Of a stretch of 64,000 bases of DNA, positions 1-9,795 are shown one piece after another. Origin of the DNA: Myxococcota bacterium (GTDB taxonomy: Bacteria > Myxococcota_A > Polyangia > Polyangiales > Houyiibacteriaceae); contig JAHDCI010000004.1 in the NCBI GenBank assembly GCA_020629955.1, positions 11,868-75,867 of the forward strand, given 5' to 3'. The notes under the pieces are model-generated. The model was not told where the DNA came from. It searched no databases and was given only the letters and a program-made list of their open reading frames with translations. The first letter of the stretch is position 1. The number at the start of each line of letters is the position of its first letter. The position numbers were made by a program, and so were the translations under genes.

Positions 1-156
1 CGACGCGGACGGCTGCTCGTATCAATCGTGAATGCGATCGCGGGCGCGATTGGGCACACCGCAACGGGAGCGCTCCTCGTGGGCGTTGGTGTGCTGGGGG
101 GCGGATATATGTTGGTTTCCGCGATCCGAGGCGATGACGAGGAAGACAGCCCGTAA
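1..156 (+). CDS. 3' end of an upstream gene (C-terminal transmembrane segment, partial)
   Basis: Frame +1 is open from base 1 to TAA at 154-156 (...AIAGAIGHTATGALLVGVGVLGGGYMLVSAIRGDDEEDSP). A strong intrinsic terminator follows 20 nt later. It is absent from the ORF track because no start lies in the window. Confidence 0.4.
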   Translation, partial: RRGRLLVSIVNAIAGAIGHTATGALLVGVGVLGGGYMLVSAIRGDDEEDSP

Positions 157-175
157 GTAGATGTCGCGAACGGAT

Positions 176-208
176 AGGGCACCCATTCGATGGGTGCCTT
201 TTTTTTTA
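176..208 (+). terminator. Rho-independent terminator
   Basis: GGGCACCCA / TGGGTGCC stem with a short loop, followed by a run of 9 T. Confidence 0.8.
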
Positions 209-285
209 TGGCTGCCTTCACGGCGGCGTCTTGCGGTCCCCCCAAATGACCATTTGGCGTTCTTCGCACGCAACTGCGGCGCGCA

Positions 286-1362
286 ATGGCCGAGAACACT
301 TCATCCGCGCCTCCGCGCGCGGACTTGACGCGACGATTGTCCCCCCTCAGACTCCCCAATATTGAACGTGTTCAAAAACGTTTGGAAAGACCCCTCATGA
401 ATCAGAATCCCAACGAGATGCCGCCGGGCGTCGAGCAGCCACCGAAGAGCCTGCGAGCGCAAACGCGAACGGTTCAGTTCGTGTTGGTTGCGGTGTTTGT
501 TTGCCTCGCACTTGGACGCCTTGGCTACAACTACCTCGTTGACCAGCGTCTCGAGCAGAGCGCGGCGATGTTCATCGGATTGCCCACCTTGCTTGGCGTC
601 GTGCTCTCTTTCGTACCTCTACGCGGGCGCGACGGTCGGTCCTATGCGCTTCGAACCGGAATGATCAGCATCACCCTCGCGCTCCTCATGTCGATGGTGC
701 TTCTTGGAGAAGGGGCGATTTGTGTCCTGATGATGTCCCCGTTGGCCTACGGAATCGTCGGCATTCTTTGTGGGTTTCATCAGTATCAACAAAACCGTGA
801 TCGGGATGGACGCCTTCAGATTGTGCTGGCGCTGCCGCTGAGTTTGATGGCAATGGAGGGAGTCTCGGAGGCGACCTCGTTCGACCGTCAGGAAGAAATC
901 ACGGTCGAGCATGAGGTCGCGCTTGAGATCGCTCAGGTACGAGAGAGGCTCGCGGAGACGCCCACATTCGATGGGGGACTGCCCACGTTTCTTCGTCTCG
1001 GATTTCCCCAACCCCAATACGTGCGGGGAAGCGGGCTCGAGGTCGGCGATAGGCGTGAGATTCACTATGCGGGCGGAGAAGGTCAGCCAGGTTCGCTCTT
1101 CTTGCGCGTTGTCGAATCGGGCGAAGATCACGTCCGTTTCGAAGCCATCCGCGACGAATCGCATATCGCGCATTGGCTCAATTGGCAGACGATCGATATT
1201 CGTTTTGAAGAAGGGGTCTCCGCAAACGGTGAGGTGATGACGCGCGTTCGGTGGACGGCGCGATTTGAACGTCTCCTCGATCCGGCTTGGTACTTCCGCC
1301 CGCTTGAGCGCGAGGGCGTCACGCAGGCCATCGAATATGTGCACGCCGAGCTGATGCACTAA
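286..1362 (+). CDS. Membrane protein with C-terminal SRPBCC/START-like domain (hypothetical)
   Basis: 358-aa ORF with several hydrophobic helices in the N-terminal half and a soluble, polyketide-cyclase-like C-terminal half. The start may instead be the internal ATG at 397 (MNQNPNEM). Confidence 0.55.
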   Translation: MAENTSSAPPRADLTRRLSPLRLPNIERVQKRLERPLMNQNPNEMPPGVEQPPKSLRAQTRTVQFVLVAVFVCLALGRLGYNYLVDQRLEQSAAMFIGLPTLLGVVLSFVPLRGRDGRSYALRTGMISITLALLMSMVLLGEGAICVLMMSPLAYGIVGILCGFHQYQQNRDRDGRLQIVLALPLSLMAMEGVSEATSFDRQEEITVEHEVALEIAQVRERLAETPTFDGGLPTFLRLGFPQPQYVRGSGLEVGDRREIHYAGGEGQPGSLFLRVVESGEDHVRFEAIRDESHIAHWLNWQTIDIRFEEGVSANGEVMTRVRWTARFERLLDPAWYFRPLEREGVTQAIEYVHAELMH

Positions 1363-1365
1363 CGC

Positions 1366-2526
1366 GTGGCCTTGCTGATTCGCAGCCTTGGGCTTCTTCT
1401 GCCCTGCCTGATCGCCCTCTGGTGCGCGACGCGCCTTCGGGAAAACGCGATGCGCCTCCAGATTGCAGCTGCGATCGGGAGCACGCTTTGGGCGCTCGGT
1501 ATCTGGTTGCTCGGTCCGGCTTTGCTCGCACATCTCGCGCACGCAGAACTCCACTTCGTAGGCGGCACCTTGCTCGGCGCCCCCTGCGATATCGCGCTCG
1601 GATTTGCGCTCCTATCGGTCGCGCCTCGCTTTCTCCCAGCGTTCCGAGTCGCCCTGCACCTTCTCCTAACGCTCAGCTTTGCTGCCCTGGTCGCCTACGC
1701 GTGCTCGCTCGCCGAGCTGGTCACCTTTCCTATTTCGCCAACTCGAAGCGTATTCCTTCTTGCGATGCTGACCGTACTGGCCCTCGTTCCCGCGGCGATC
1801 TTCGTCAAGAGTACGTTACGCGGCGAGAAGCTCCGCTACCGCGTCTTCTTTCAGATGGCATCTTTCGGCTGGATATCGCTGGTCGCGCTTCCCGCGCTCG
1901 CGCTCGAGCACGACCCTTTCGCGAAACTGGATTTCGGCGCGCCGCGGACGTTGGCGCTCCTCCCGGCCACCCTTTTGCTTGGGTTCGCATCCAGCGCGGT
2001 CCATGATTTCATGACGCTGGGCCAAGGAACGCCCCTTCCGGTCGACCCGCCAAAGAGGCTCGTCACCGCGGGCCTCTACCATTACCTCGCAAACCCAATG
2101 CAGTTCTTCATGAGCCTCGCAATGATGTGCATCGCGCTCGCCATTCGAAGCCCGTGGCTCGCCGCTGGCACCGGAACGATCGTCGTCTTTTCGATCGGCA
2201 TCGGGCGTCTCGAAGAGTGGCTCTCACTCCGAAAGCGTTTCGGGGAGGAATACGCCAGCTACCGCGGCCGCACGCGCCTTTGGCGACCCCATTGGGCCGC
2301 CTCGCCGCCGGTTGCGACGTTGCGATTTAACCCGGAGAGCCCCATCCAATCGAAATTCGCTGGATGGCTCGGCCGGCGCGCGAAACTGCGGCTTGAACCG
2401 GGAAAATGGGAGCTTGTCGAGAATGAGATCTCGTGCACCGGCATCTCCGCCGTTGCGCGTGCGCTCGAGCGAATCCACTTCGGATGGGCTTTGTGCGCGA
2501 GTCTTATTCGTCAGCTTCGATGGTGA
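1366..2526 (+). CDS. Polytopic membrane protein with ICMT/PEMT-like methyltransferase C-terminal region
   Basis: GTG start 4 nt after the previous stop and a multi-TM profile. The C-terminal TAGLYHYLANPMQF...GRLEEWLSLRKRFGEEYASYRGRTRLWRP resembles the isoprenylcysteine carboxyl / phospholipid methyltransferase family signature, but the RHP motif is degenerate. Confidence 0.6.
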   Translation: MALLIRSLGLLLPCLIALWCATRLRENAMRLQIAAAIGSTLWALGIWLLGPALLAHLAHAELHFVGGTLLGAPCDIALGFALLSVAPRFLPAFRVALHLLLTLSFAALVAYACSLAELVTFPISPTRSVFLLAMLTVLALVPAAIFVKSTLRGEKLRYRVFFQMASFGWISLVALPALALEHDPFAKLDFGAPRTLALLPATLLLGFASSAVHDFMTLGQGTPLPVDPPKRLVTAGLYHYLANPMQFFMSLAMMCIALAIRSPWLAAGTGTIVVFSIGIGRLEEWLSLRKRFGEEYASYRGRTRLWRPHWAASPPVATLRFNPESPIQSKFAGWLGRRAKLRLEPGKWELVENEISCTGISAVARALERIHFGWALCASLIRQLRW

Positions 2527-2731
2527 GCCATTTCGAAACAATCGTCATATCAAAGCACTCGCAGTGGTGAAATCACCAACGATACGTATCGCCAAGGATA
2601 AGCGCTGTGGCACCCACCATGCCGAGTATAACGAAGAAAGAGCGAAGCTCGGATCGACGTTCCTGGCGGAAAAGGGCTCTTCTAGCGATTTGAACAGCAC
2701 ACTAGCAGGCGTGCTAGATGCGGGGAGACCT

Positions 2732-3241
2732 TCAGATCGTCTTCCGAGTTGCGGGCTTCTGACTCGCATCGCCAACGACTTCTGCGAGCAGGGCCCTTTG
2801 GGTCGCGAGAAGACGCATCAATTCATCCACCTGGTTTAGCAATGTCCGGGCTTCACCAGGGTCGATCTCTCCTGGTGATTTGCTTGACGGGCTTATTGCA
2901 TCGAGAAGCTCTGCGACAAGCGCCGAACTTTTCTTCGCCGTTTCACCTGCCGAATCAAACCAGCATTCACCTTCGCTGACCTCGACGGGAAGAAAGGTGC
3001 CGCCCGCGAGCGCGCACAGATGTTCTGCGGCAGCCGTCGCTTTCTTCGACGCCGTCAGTTTTGCGACGCGATCGAAGGAAATCTGGGCCGGATCGTTTGG
3101 ATCAGAAAGAGCGTAGACTCGCGTTCGGCTAAGTTCCAGGATTGATACAACCTCGGGAACACCGCCGCATTCTTTGAAGAGATCGGAGACTACCTGCTCG
3201 ACACTTCCATAACGTCGCTCTTTGTTCGGTTCGAATGCCAT
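2732..3241 (-). CDS. Hypothetical protein, possible HTH regulator (phage CII-like feel)
   Basis: 169-aa ORF with an ATG start. VVSILELSRTRVYALSD is helix-turn-helix-like. GC is slightly lower than in the neighbours. It is divergent from the 3609 gene. Confidence 0.55.
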   Translation of the reverse strand: MAFEPNKERRYGSVEQVVSDLFKECGGVPEVVSILELSRTRVYALSDPNDPAQISFDRVAKLTASKKATAAAEHLCALAGGTFLPVEVSEGECWFDSAGETAKKSSALVAELLDAISPSSKSPGEIDPGEARTLLNQVDELMRLLATQRALLAEVVGDASQKPATRKTI

Positions 3242-3608
3242 AGACGCTCACCCTAATCCCTCTGCTCGCGCTCACCAGCAAATCCGTACGCTGGCGCGCG
3301 CAAACCCCAAAGCCGCAAGTTGATTCTTGAGCCAAAAAGTGTTACATAGGAGCTTTAGTTGCTCCGAAACGGGCAAATTTACCCACGCACGACCCCCTTT
3401 GGGACTTCCGATGTGCGCGTTTCGCTCGCGAAGCGAGGCTGAAATACGAGTAACACCGTTTTCAGGTCCCGATCAACCCAGACGAAGCAAGCTTCCCTCT
3501 GGGCCTGGCTGCCAAGGGAACATCTTCCCCGCGGCCACTCTGACAACCCTGTCAGGCAACCTGTCTGACCCACCTAGCTGAGCCAGCTGAAAATACGAGG
3601 ACGACCTC

Positions 3609-4598
3609 TTGAGCGCAGAGACCAATCAAAGCAGTAACTCCGACCTCCACGCCTACCGCAGCGGCTCTCAGACCCTCTTTAAGCACATCAAGCGCGAGCA
3701 GTGGGGCCTTGCGATCGTCGACGAAAAATCCGACGAGACCGCGACCTTGATTTTCGAAGACGGCCGCAAGCACCGCTTCCATCGGGACTTTTACCATCTG
3801 ATTCAGGCGGTCGACCGTCCGTACGATGTTGCCAAGCGGATTTACGACGGCATCGCTGCGATGAGCAGCACCAAGAAGCGCGCGAGTCGCTCGACAGAGA
3901 AGCCGGTTTCGGTCGAAGAGCAGGTCACGTTCTTCAAGGGCGTCTTCGATGATGGCTTCGGTGAAGAATACGGCAAAGAGCATCGCGGCGACGGTCGCGC
4001 CCGCGCGCTAAAGCGCCACCGCGACGGTCTCGTGGATGCCGCGACCGAGCACCTCGACGAGGGCGAGATTCGCGCGGCGCTTCTCGATGGCGAGTTCAGC
4101 GATGTCGTGAAGCGAGCGACGGCGGTTCTTAACGCAACGGACATGGTTGCGGCCAAGGAACGTAAGGCGTTCTCCACGGTGGCAGAAGAGCATCACGAAG
4201 AGCTCGCGAACGCGATCGTTGGTCTCCTCTACGACAAGGGCGACCTTCAGCCACGCTTTGAAGCATGGACGCAGGCCCTTTCGATCGCTGTCGGCGCTCC
4301 CTCCTGGGCGCTTGTCACCGGTTTGTTGGGTGCGCGTTATCCGCAGGAGCATCTGATCATCGACGTGAAGACCGCCCGTCTTCAGGCCGAATGGATGGCT
4401 GCGGGCATGACCATCGCGATCCGCCCAAGCTACGTGCAGTACCAGCGTATCCTTGAGATGTTCACGAATCTCAAGGGTCAGCTCGGCGAAGCAGACCTTG
4501 AGCCCAAGGATATGCTCGACGTCGTTACTTTCGCGCAGATCACGCTTAAGGCCTCCGCGCGCAACGAGATCCTGGCCTCTCGTAAGCCTGTCCTCTAA
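3609..4598 (+). CDS. Hypothetical protein
   Basis: 329-aa ORF with a TTG start, GAGGA 9 nt upstream, protein-like composition, and a strong terminator after it. Confidence 0.6.
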   Translation: MSAETNQSSNSDLHAYRSGSQTLFKHIKREQWGLAIVDEKSDETATLIFEDGRKHRFHRDFYHLIQAVDRPYDVAKRIYDGIAAMSSTKKRASRSTEKPVSVEEQVTFFKGVFDDGFGEEYGKEHRGDGRARALKRHRDGLVDAATEHLDEGEIRAALLDGEFSDVVKRATAVLNATDMVAAKERKAFSTVAEEHHEELANAIVGLLYDKGDLQPRFEAWTQALSIAVGAPSWALVTGLLGARYPQEHLIIDVKTARLQAEWMAAGMTIAIRPSYVQYQRILEMFTNLKGQLGEADLEPKDMLDVVTFAQITLKASARNEILASRKPVL

Positions 4599-4622
4599 GA
4601 CAAAGCTTCTTTAATCGCATCA

Positions 4623-4651
4623 AAGCGTCGCCCCATCAGGCGGCGCTTTTT
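4623..4651 (+). terminator. Rho-independent terminator
   Basis: AAGCGTCGCC / GGCGGCGCTT 10-bp stem, 6-nt loop and a T5 tail. Confidence 0.8.
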
Positions 4652-4844
4652 GCGTGACGCGGGCGCGATATTCGAACTCAGTTCGATGGCGTAGAGCACG
4701 TATGCGTTCCGTCGAAGCGACGTTGCTCATGGGCGACCACGAGTGCTTCTCGGGTGCCCGAAGCAAAGTCCGTATACGAAAGAGAACTTTCCTAGGGATT
4801 GTGAAGGATTGTGCGAGTGCGCGAATCCTGGTGACGGATCCGGG

Positions 4845-5291
4845 TTAGAACGCGCAGATCTCCTCACACTCGGTTCCCTCAAGCATGCACGCGTTGTCGA
4901 GTTCCGCGACGCATTCGAGGCAAAGCTCATAACCCTCTTCGAACGTCGCCCGATCGGCAGGTTCTGGAAAGAGGGTTGCGATCGCCCTCTCGCAATCGCT
5001 CTCGATCGTCGCGGCATCGCGTTCGTCGCAGGAATCCTGCAGTAGTGCGGCGCGACCACAGAGAGACTCAGGGTCGACGACACTGCCGCCCGCATCACTC
5101 GCGCTCGCATCTTCGCCCGCGTCCTCCGTCGCAGCGTCCTCCGTCGCAGCGTCTTCTGTCGAGGCGTCTTCGCCAGCAGCGTCCATCGCGCTTCCATCCG
5201 TGACGTTCGCGTCGACGGCTGCGTCCGTTTCAGGGTCAGAGTCTCCGCAGGCAAGGGCGAATAAAAGAGATACGGTCATCCAAAAGCGCAT
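4845..5291 (-). CDS. Cys-rich lipoprotein with acidic D/A/T/E-rich linker
   Basis: Signal peptide plus lipobox (LLFALAC), a TEDAA repeat linker and a Cys-rich C-terminal domain. Confidence 0.7.
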   Translation of the reverse strand: MRFWMTVSLLFALACGDSDPETDAAVDANVTDGSAMDAAGEDASTEDAATEDAATEDAGEDASASDAGGSVVDPESLCGRAALLQDSCDERDAATIESDCERAIATLFPEPADRATFEEGYELCLECVAELDNACMLEGTECEEICAF

Positions 5292-5441
5292 GCTCGAACC
5301 CTAACCGAAAGCGGAAATTACGCTCACTTTTTGTGCACCCTTCGACTCGACCGACACGTCCGAGACGGCGTTTCAGTAAGGGCGCGCGAGCATCGTGATC
5401 GCACGCCTTGCGGAATCGGCAGGCGCAACCAGAGACAGTGG

Positions 5442-6308
5442 ATGAGACTTGCTCGCCTACTCTCGCTTATCAGCTTCGCAGTCGCTTCCTGGTCAGGCTG
5501 TGGATCAGACCCCGCCCCGGCATCTGTTTCCGAATCACCCATCGACCGGCGCGTCCGGCGATCGGCAGAACGCCTTGAGGCCAGCGAAGCCGGTCGGCGA
5601 CTCCTTCAAACCATCGAAGCCCACGGAGGGCTGCGCAACTGGTTCGAAGCTGGGTCGCTCTCCTTCGACTATCACTACAGGCAAACCGTCGAGAATGGTA
5701 AGGAGATGCGCACCCGAAATCGCGTCGATCTTTGGACCGGCCGCGCCCGACAGGACGGACTGGATTCCGAAGTCTCTCTCGCTTGGGACGGCGAAGAAGC
5801 TTGGATCTCTCCAAATGCAGATTCGTTTCCACTGCCCGCGCGGTTTTGGGCAACGACTCCCTATTACTTCTTGGCCATTCCCTTTGTACTCGCGGACGAG
5901 GGCATCCGCATCGCAGAGGATGGGAACGAAACGATCGACGGTGTCGACTATGCGAGGATTCGCATTACGTATGACTCGGGCGTCGGAGACAGCTCGGATG
6001 ATTTCTACGTGCTCTACCTCCATCCGGAAAACCATCGCGTCGCGGCGGTCCGTTATATCGTCAGCTACCCGGGGTTCTTTCCGGAAGGCGGTCACTCGCC
6101 GGAGAAGCTGATGTGGTATCGCGACTACGAAGCTTCGGGCGAACTCATCTTCCCGACGAACTTCGCGAGCTACGCCTGGTCCGAGGAGCAGCTCGGAGCA
6201 CAGCTCGCGGAGGTGAGCGCGCGAAACTTCACGCTTGGTGAACCTCTCGAAGACTCGCTCTTTTCGAGACCGGAACGTGGCGTTATCAGTCCGTTGACGA
6301 CGCCCTGA
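5442..6308 (+). CDS. Lipoprotein, hypothetical
   Basis: The internal ATG at 5442 gives MRLARLLSLISFAVASWSGC (signal peptide plus lipobox). The longer ORF from 5331 has an Arg-rich, unlikely N-terminus. Confidence 0.7.
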   Translation: MRLARLLSLISFAVASWSGCGSDPAPASVSESPIDRRVRRSAERLEASEAGRRLLQTIEAHGGLRNWFEAGSLSFDYHYRQTVENGKEMRTRNRVDLWTGRARQDGLDSEVSLAWDGEEAWISPNADSFPLPARFWATTPYYFLAIPFVLADEGIRIAEDGNETIDGVDYARIRITYDSGVGDSSDDFYVLYLHPENHRVAAVRYIVSYPGFFPEGGHSPEKLMWYRDYEASGELIFPTNFASYAWSEEQLGAQLAEVSARNFTLGEPLEDSLFSRPERGVISPLTTP

Positions 6309-6431
6309 AGTCTGCGCTGCGTTTATCCTCGCGCTCGCAGATGCCGGGTCCGTTCGAACGCTGTTCAGCGTTCTGCTTCGCGCTAGGTGCCGATCGCTCC
6401 CACCTTTAAGGCCTTGAAAGGCGAGGTTGGG

Positions 6432-8429
6432 ATGCGAGCGTTTGCGACAGTTCGAATGACAGGAGCACTTGGTAGCGTGGGCGTTTGTCTTGCTCTGAAC
6501 CTCGCGCTTGCATGTTCGCCAGCGCCAATCGGGAGCGCGGATGCTGGCTCCTCCGATTCTGGCTCCTCCGATGCTGGCTCCTTCGATACAGGCGTGGACG
6601 GCGCAAGCGACGCTGGGGAAACGGACGCCGCTTCCGGCAGCGATGGAGGAACTCTTCGAGATGCAGCGACGATGGAGGATAGCGGCGTCGACGCGGGGCA
6701 CGATAGCGGCGTGGATTCCTCGTTCGACGCGCCTCCTTCGCCGCCCGTACGTTGCGAGGCGTTCGGGGGAGAGATCCTGGTTTGCGATTCTTCGGAGACA
6801 AGCTGCGGGATCGTGTTCGAAAGCGGAGAAGGGTGTAACGCCGCCTGCGCTTCGGCGGGCCTGATGTGCCTCGAGGCGTTCGAGAACGCAGACGATGCGT
6901 GCGCTGCGGACCGAATGCGCCCTGCACTTGGCTGTGAAGAGACCGGCCATCGCTCGGACTACTGCGTGTGTGGACGAGGAATGTGCATCCCGCACACGTG
7001 CGATTCGCTTGGCGCGTGCGGACGCGTCTCCGACGGCTGCGGAGGCGAGCTCGAATGCGGCGATACGTGTGGCGCCGGCGAATCTTGCGTCGCCGGGTTC
7101 TGTCGCGGTGAAGCGCTCTGCGATGAAGACGACTGCCCCGCGTTTCCGGGTGCAGAGGGCGAGGGCCGCAACGCAGAGGGTGGCCGGGGAGGCGATGTGT
7201 GCCACGTGACGAACACGTCCGACCGCGGGACCGGATCGCTGCGCGACTGCATGGAGGGCGGCTCTGGCGCGCGCACGGTGGTCTTCGATATCGGCGGCAC
7301 GATCGATCTTCAATCGGCGATCCGCAGCCGCCGGAGCCGGCTCACGCTTGCCGGTCAGACTGCACCCGGAGACGGCATTGTCATTCGGGGATACGACGTT
7401 CAGATCGCCGGCAATCACAACATCATTCAGCACCTTCGCTTTCGATCGGGCGACATCCGAAAGGCGCGCCGTGACCGCGATGGACACACCGAAGATTCAC
7501 TGACCATCGACGGGAACAACATCATCGTGGACCATGTGAGCGCGAGCTGGGGGATCGATGAGTGCCTGAGTACCGCGAGCTCCGACCACAGCAATATCAC
7601 CGTGCAGTGGAGCATCATCTCGGAGGGTTTGCACCGGACAGAGCTTTTCCACGGCGAATGGGATCCGGACCATCGCGGACACAGCATGGGCTCTCTCTTT
7701 AAGTCGCGCGGAGGCCATTCGGACCTTTCGATTCATCACAATCTCTTCGCGCACAACGGCAACCGAAACCCAGCCATTGGCGGGTACGACGATCGCGAAG
7801 ACTCGCAGAACGCGGACATCCGAAACAACGTACTCTACAACTGCCGCTCCTTCGGATACGTCAGCGGAGAGACCTCCCAGATCTTGCTCAACTATGTCGG
7901 CAACTACGCGATCGCCGGCGAAGATACGACGGACCGCGGGATGTTTGACGCGTCGGATGCAGCGAACCTCAGCGCCTATTTCACGGGCAATATGCTCGAC
8001 CGGAACGAGAATGGACGCTTCGATGGCTCCAGCGTCGACGGCGTCGGTGGAGATTTTCGGCGCGTCTCGTCACCGCACCCGATGCATGAGATCACCACCC
8101 AAAGCGCGCCGGAAGCGCTTGAGTCGGTTTTGATGTCCGCGGGTGCGCGACCGTGGAATCGAGACTCAGTCGATGAGCGAGTGACGCAGGACGTGCGCGA
8201 CGGTACCGGGCGAATTGTCGACTCCGTTTCCGAAGCCGGCGGCTACCCGGAGATCCGAGGCGGCACCCGAATCACGGATAGCGACCGAGACGGAATGCCG
8301 GATGCCTTCGAGCGCCGCGCCGGGACCAATCCCTCACGCGCGGACAACAACGGCGATATCGACGGAGACGGGTATACGAACCTCGAGAACTACCTGCACT
8401 ACGCGTCTGAGAATGGACCGCTTGATTAA
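6432..8429 (+). CDS. Pectate-lyase-like (PL1-type right-handed beta-helix) secreted lipoprotein with C-terminal Ca-binding-type D-rich repeats
   Basis: Lipobox LALAC.
- AFPGAEGEGRNAEGGRGGDVCHVTN...GSLR...VVFDIGGTIDL...LAGQTAPGDGIVIRG...NIIQHLRFRSGD matches the pectate lyase N-terminal/beta-helix pattern.
- The tail is DSDRDGMPDAFE...NNGDIDGDGYTNLENYLHY. Confidence 0.75.
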   Translation: MRAFATVRMTGALGSVGVCLALNLALACSPAPIGSADAGSSDSGSSDAGSFDTGVDGASDAGETDAASGSDGGTLRDAATMEDSGVDAGHDSGVDSSFDAPPSPPVRCEAFGGEILVCDSSETSCGIVFESGEGCNAACASAGLMCLEAFENADDACAADRMRPALGCEETGHRSDYCVCGRGMCIPHTCDSLGACGRVSDGCGGELECGDTCGAGESCVAGFCRGEALCDEDDCPAFPGAEGEGRNAEGGRGGDVCHVTNTSDRGTGSLRDCMEGGSGARTVVFDIGGTIDLQSAIRSRRSRLTLAGQTAPGDGIVIRGYDVQIAGNHNIIQHLRFRSGDIRKARRDRDGHTEDSLTIDGNNIIVDHVSASWGIDECLSTASSDHSNITVQWSIISEGLHRTELFHGEWDPDHRGHSMGSLFKSRGGHSDLSIHHNLFAHNGNRNPAIGGYDDREDSQNADIRNNVLYNCRSFGYVSGETSQILLNYVGNYAIAGEDTTDRGMFDASDAANLSAYFTGNMLDRNENGRFDGSSVDGVGGDFRRVSSPHPMHEITTQSAPEALESVLMSAGARPWNRDSVDERVTQDVRDGTGRIVDSVSEAGGYPEIRGGTRITDSDRDGMPDAFERRAGTNPSRADNNGDIDGDGYTNLENYLHYASENGPLD

Positions 8430-8432
8430 GGG

Positions 8433-9728
8433 CTATTCAGGACGCTGAGCGAGGATTGGTTCGATCTCGACCGTCTCCCCGGCGAGACGTACTTGAAGGT
8501 GTACATGGGCATCGCGCGCTTCACTGAGGTGCGCGATCCACTCGCCGCGCCTAACGCTCTGACCCACCTCGGCGTGCAGCTCGGTCAGACCACCATAGAG
8601 ACTGACCCAGCCGTTCGGATGTGCGATGACGATCGCAATGCCGACGCCGCGAAGACCTTCGCCGACAAAGATCACTTCGCCGTCCGCGACCGCTCTTACG
8701 GGTGCCCCGGGCGCGGTAATATTTACGCCTCGGCCCTCGGCGCGAAGTCTACCTTCGCCGCGGACCGGCCACAGCAGATTGCGGAATGTACGGCCTTCGA
8801 GAGCGCTTTGCTCTTCGGCATTTGGACCCTCGGCGAGATAACGCTGCGCCTCCTCGAGGAAGTCATTCATATCGGTTGAGTCGGGTGTGGCGGGCTGCGC
8901 CGGACGCTCCGAACGAGTCAGACGTTGAGGCGCTGAGGAAGGAGCGCCCGGATCGGCGGGAAGTGGCGTCATCGTGTGCGCGACGAGCTCATCTTCAACA
9001 CCTCGGCGGCGGCGTTCTCGAAACCGGCGGTACGCGGCGATCCAAGGACGACCTTCGAAGTGCTCGAGTGGGTCGCGGGGATGCCCTCGCTCGCGGATCT
9101 CGAAGTGCAAATGAGGCCCTCGAGAAATGCCGGTATTGCCCACGAACGCGATGCGTTCGCCCTTGCGTACGCGCCAGCCGGCTTGCACCGTCGTGCGGTA
9201 AGCGTGCGCGTAGATGCTCACCCATCCGTTCGCGTGCACGATCATCACGCAGTTACCGAGTCCTCGTACGCCGTTGTCGCTATAGGCGACGATGCCATCC
9301 GCGACCGCCCGGATGACCCGGCCTTCTTCGGCGACGATATCCACCCCGTTGTGACGCAGATCTGGGCGCCGGATGCGAACGTAACCGAAGCCGCGACCGA
9401 AACGTCCCTCATCGACCGGCCACCGTAGCGGCAACTCAACTTCGGAACCTGCGGCTTCGACCCATCGTGGATCTGGGCGGCCACTGAGGAGACGGCTCGC
9501 CGTTTCGCGAGTGCCGAGCCCAAGTTCCTGAGCACGCTGGAGCGCAGCACCCCGTGGCTCGGGGACCCTGCGCGGGCCATCGGAGAAGCGGGAGTAATCG
9601 TGCGCCTCTTCCGGGGCGTCCGCATCGCGAACGACTCGGCGTCGCTGGGAACGGCCCCTCCTTCGAACCCCGTCATCCGCGTGGGCGACGATGGCAATGA
9701 GCGAGAGAAGGATCGCGAAATAGCGCAT
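8433..9728 (-). CDS. M23 family metallopeptidase (two LytM-like domains)
   Basis: Signal peptide. HNGVDIVAEEG...GNCVMIVHANGWVSIYAH...GNTGISRGPHLHFEIRE is the catalytic M23 motif set. A second, degenerate LytM domain sits at the C-terminus. Confidence 0.85.
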   Translation of the reverse strand: MRYFAILLSLIAIVAHADDGVRRRGRSQRRRVVRDADAPEEAHDYSRFSDGPRRVPEPRGAALQRAQELGLGTRETASRLLSGRPDPRWVEAAGSEVELPLRWPVDEGRFGRGFGYVRIRRPDLRHNGVDIVAEEGRVIRAVADGIVAYSDNGVRGLGNCVMIVHANGWVSIYAHAYRTTVQAGWRVRKGERIAFVGNTGISRGPHLHFEIRERGHPRDPLEHFEGRPWIAAYRRFRERRRRGVEDELVAHTMTPLPADPGAPSSAPQRLTRSERPAQPATPDSTDMNDFLEEAQRYLAEGPNAEEQSALEGRTFRNLLWPVRGEGRLRAEGRGVNITAPGAPVRAVADGEVIFVGEGLRGVGIAIVIAHPNGWVSLYGGLTELHAEVGQSVRRGEWIAHLSEARDAHVHLQVRLAGETVEIEPILAQRPE

Positions 9729-9795
9729 TCTCTAGCGGTGCCTGAACCTACCTTCGTTGGTCAACTTTCTGGCAAGGGGGAAGACGAGGGATTCC

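Noticed and set aside
22-273. 83-aa minus-strand ORF at the window start.
   Set aside because: It spans a textbook plus-strand terminator (176-208) and the 3' end of a plus-strand TM-encoding frame. Its composition is junk-like.
2573-2620. Hydrophobic mini-ORF (MVGATALILGDTYRW) downstream of the 2732..3241 gene, considered as a possible small membrane toxin.
   Set aside because: It is only 15 codons from the first start codon. There is no SD. Upstream in-frame stops separate it from the 169-aa gene.
4002-4019. RALKRH (Rx4H, HEPN-like) motif in the 3609..4598 protein, considered as a hint of a defence or RNase function.
   Set aside because: A single six-residue pattern in an Arg/His-rich stretch is expected by chance. 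There is no second motif or supporting context.
5535-7487. Very long antisense ORFs: 5535..7487 (650 aa). The same phenomenon occurs at 12447..13871, 29974..31317, 55363..56829, 61564..63126 and 62850..63935.
   Set aside because: Each lies opposite a gene with clear family motifs (pectate lyase, FtsK, TPR, Cys-repeat protein, E1 alpha/beta). Their translations are Arg/Ala/Gly-rich, as expected for the off-strand of ~60% GC coding DNA, with no motifs, signal peptides or SD sites.
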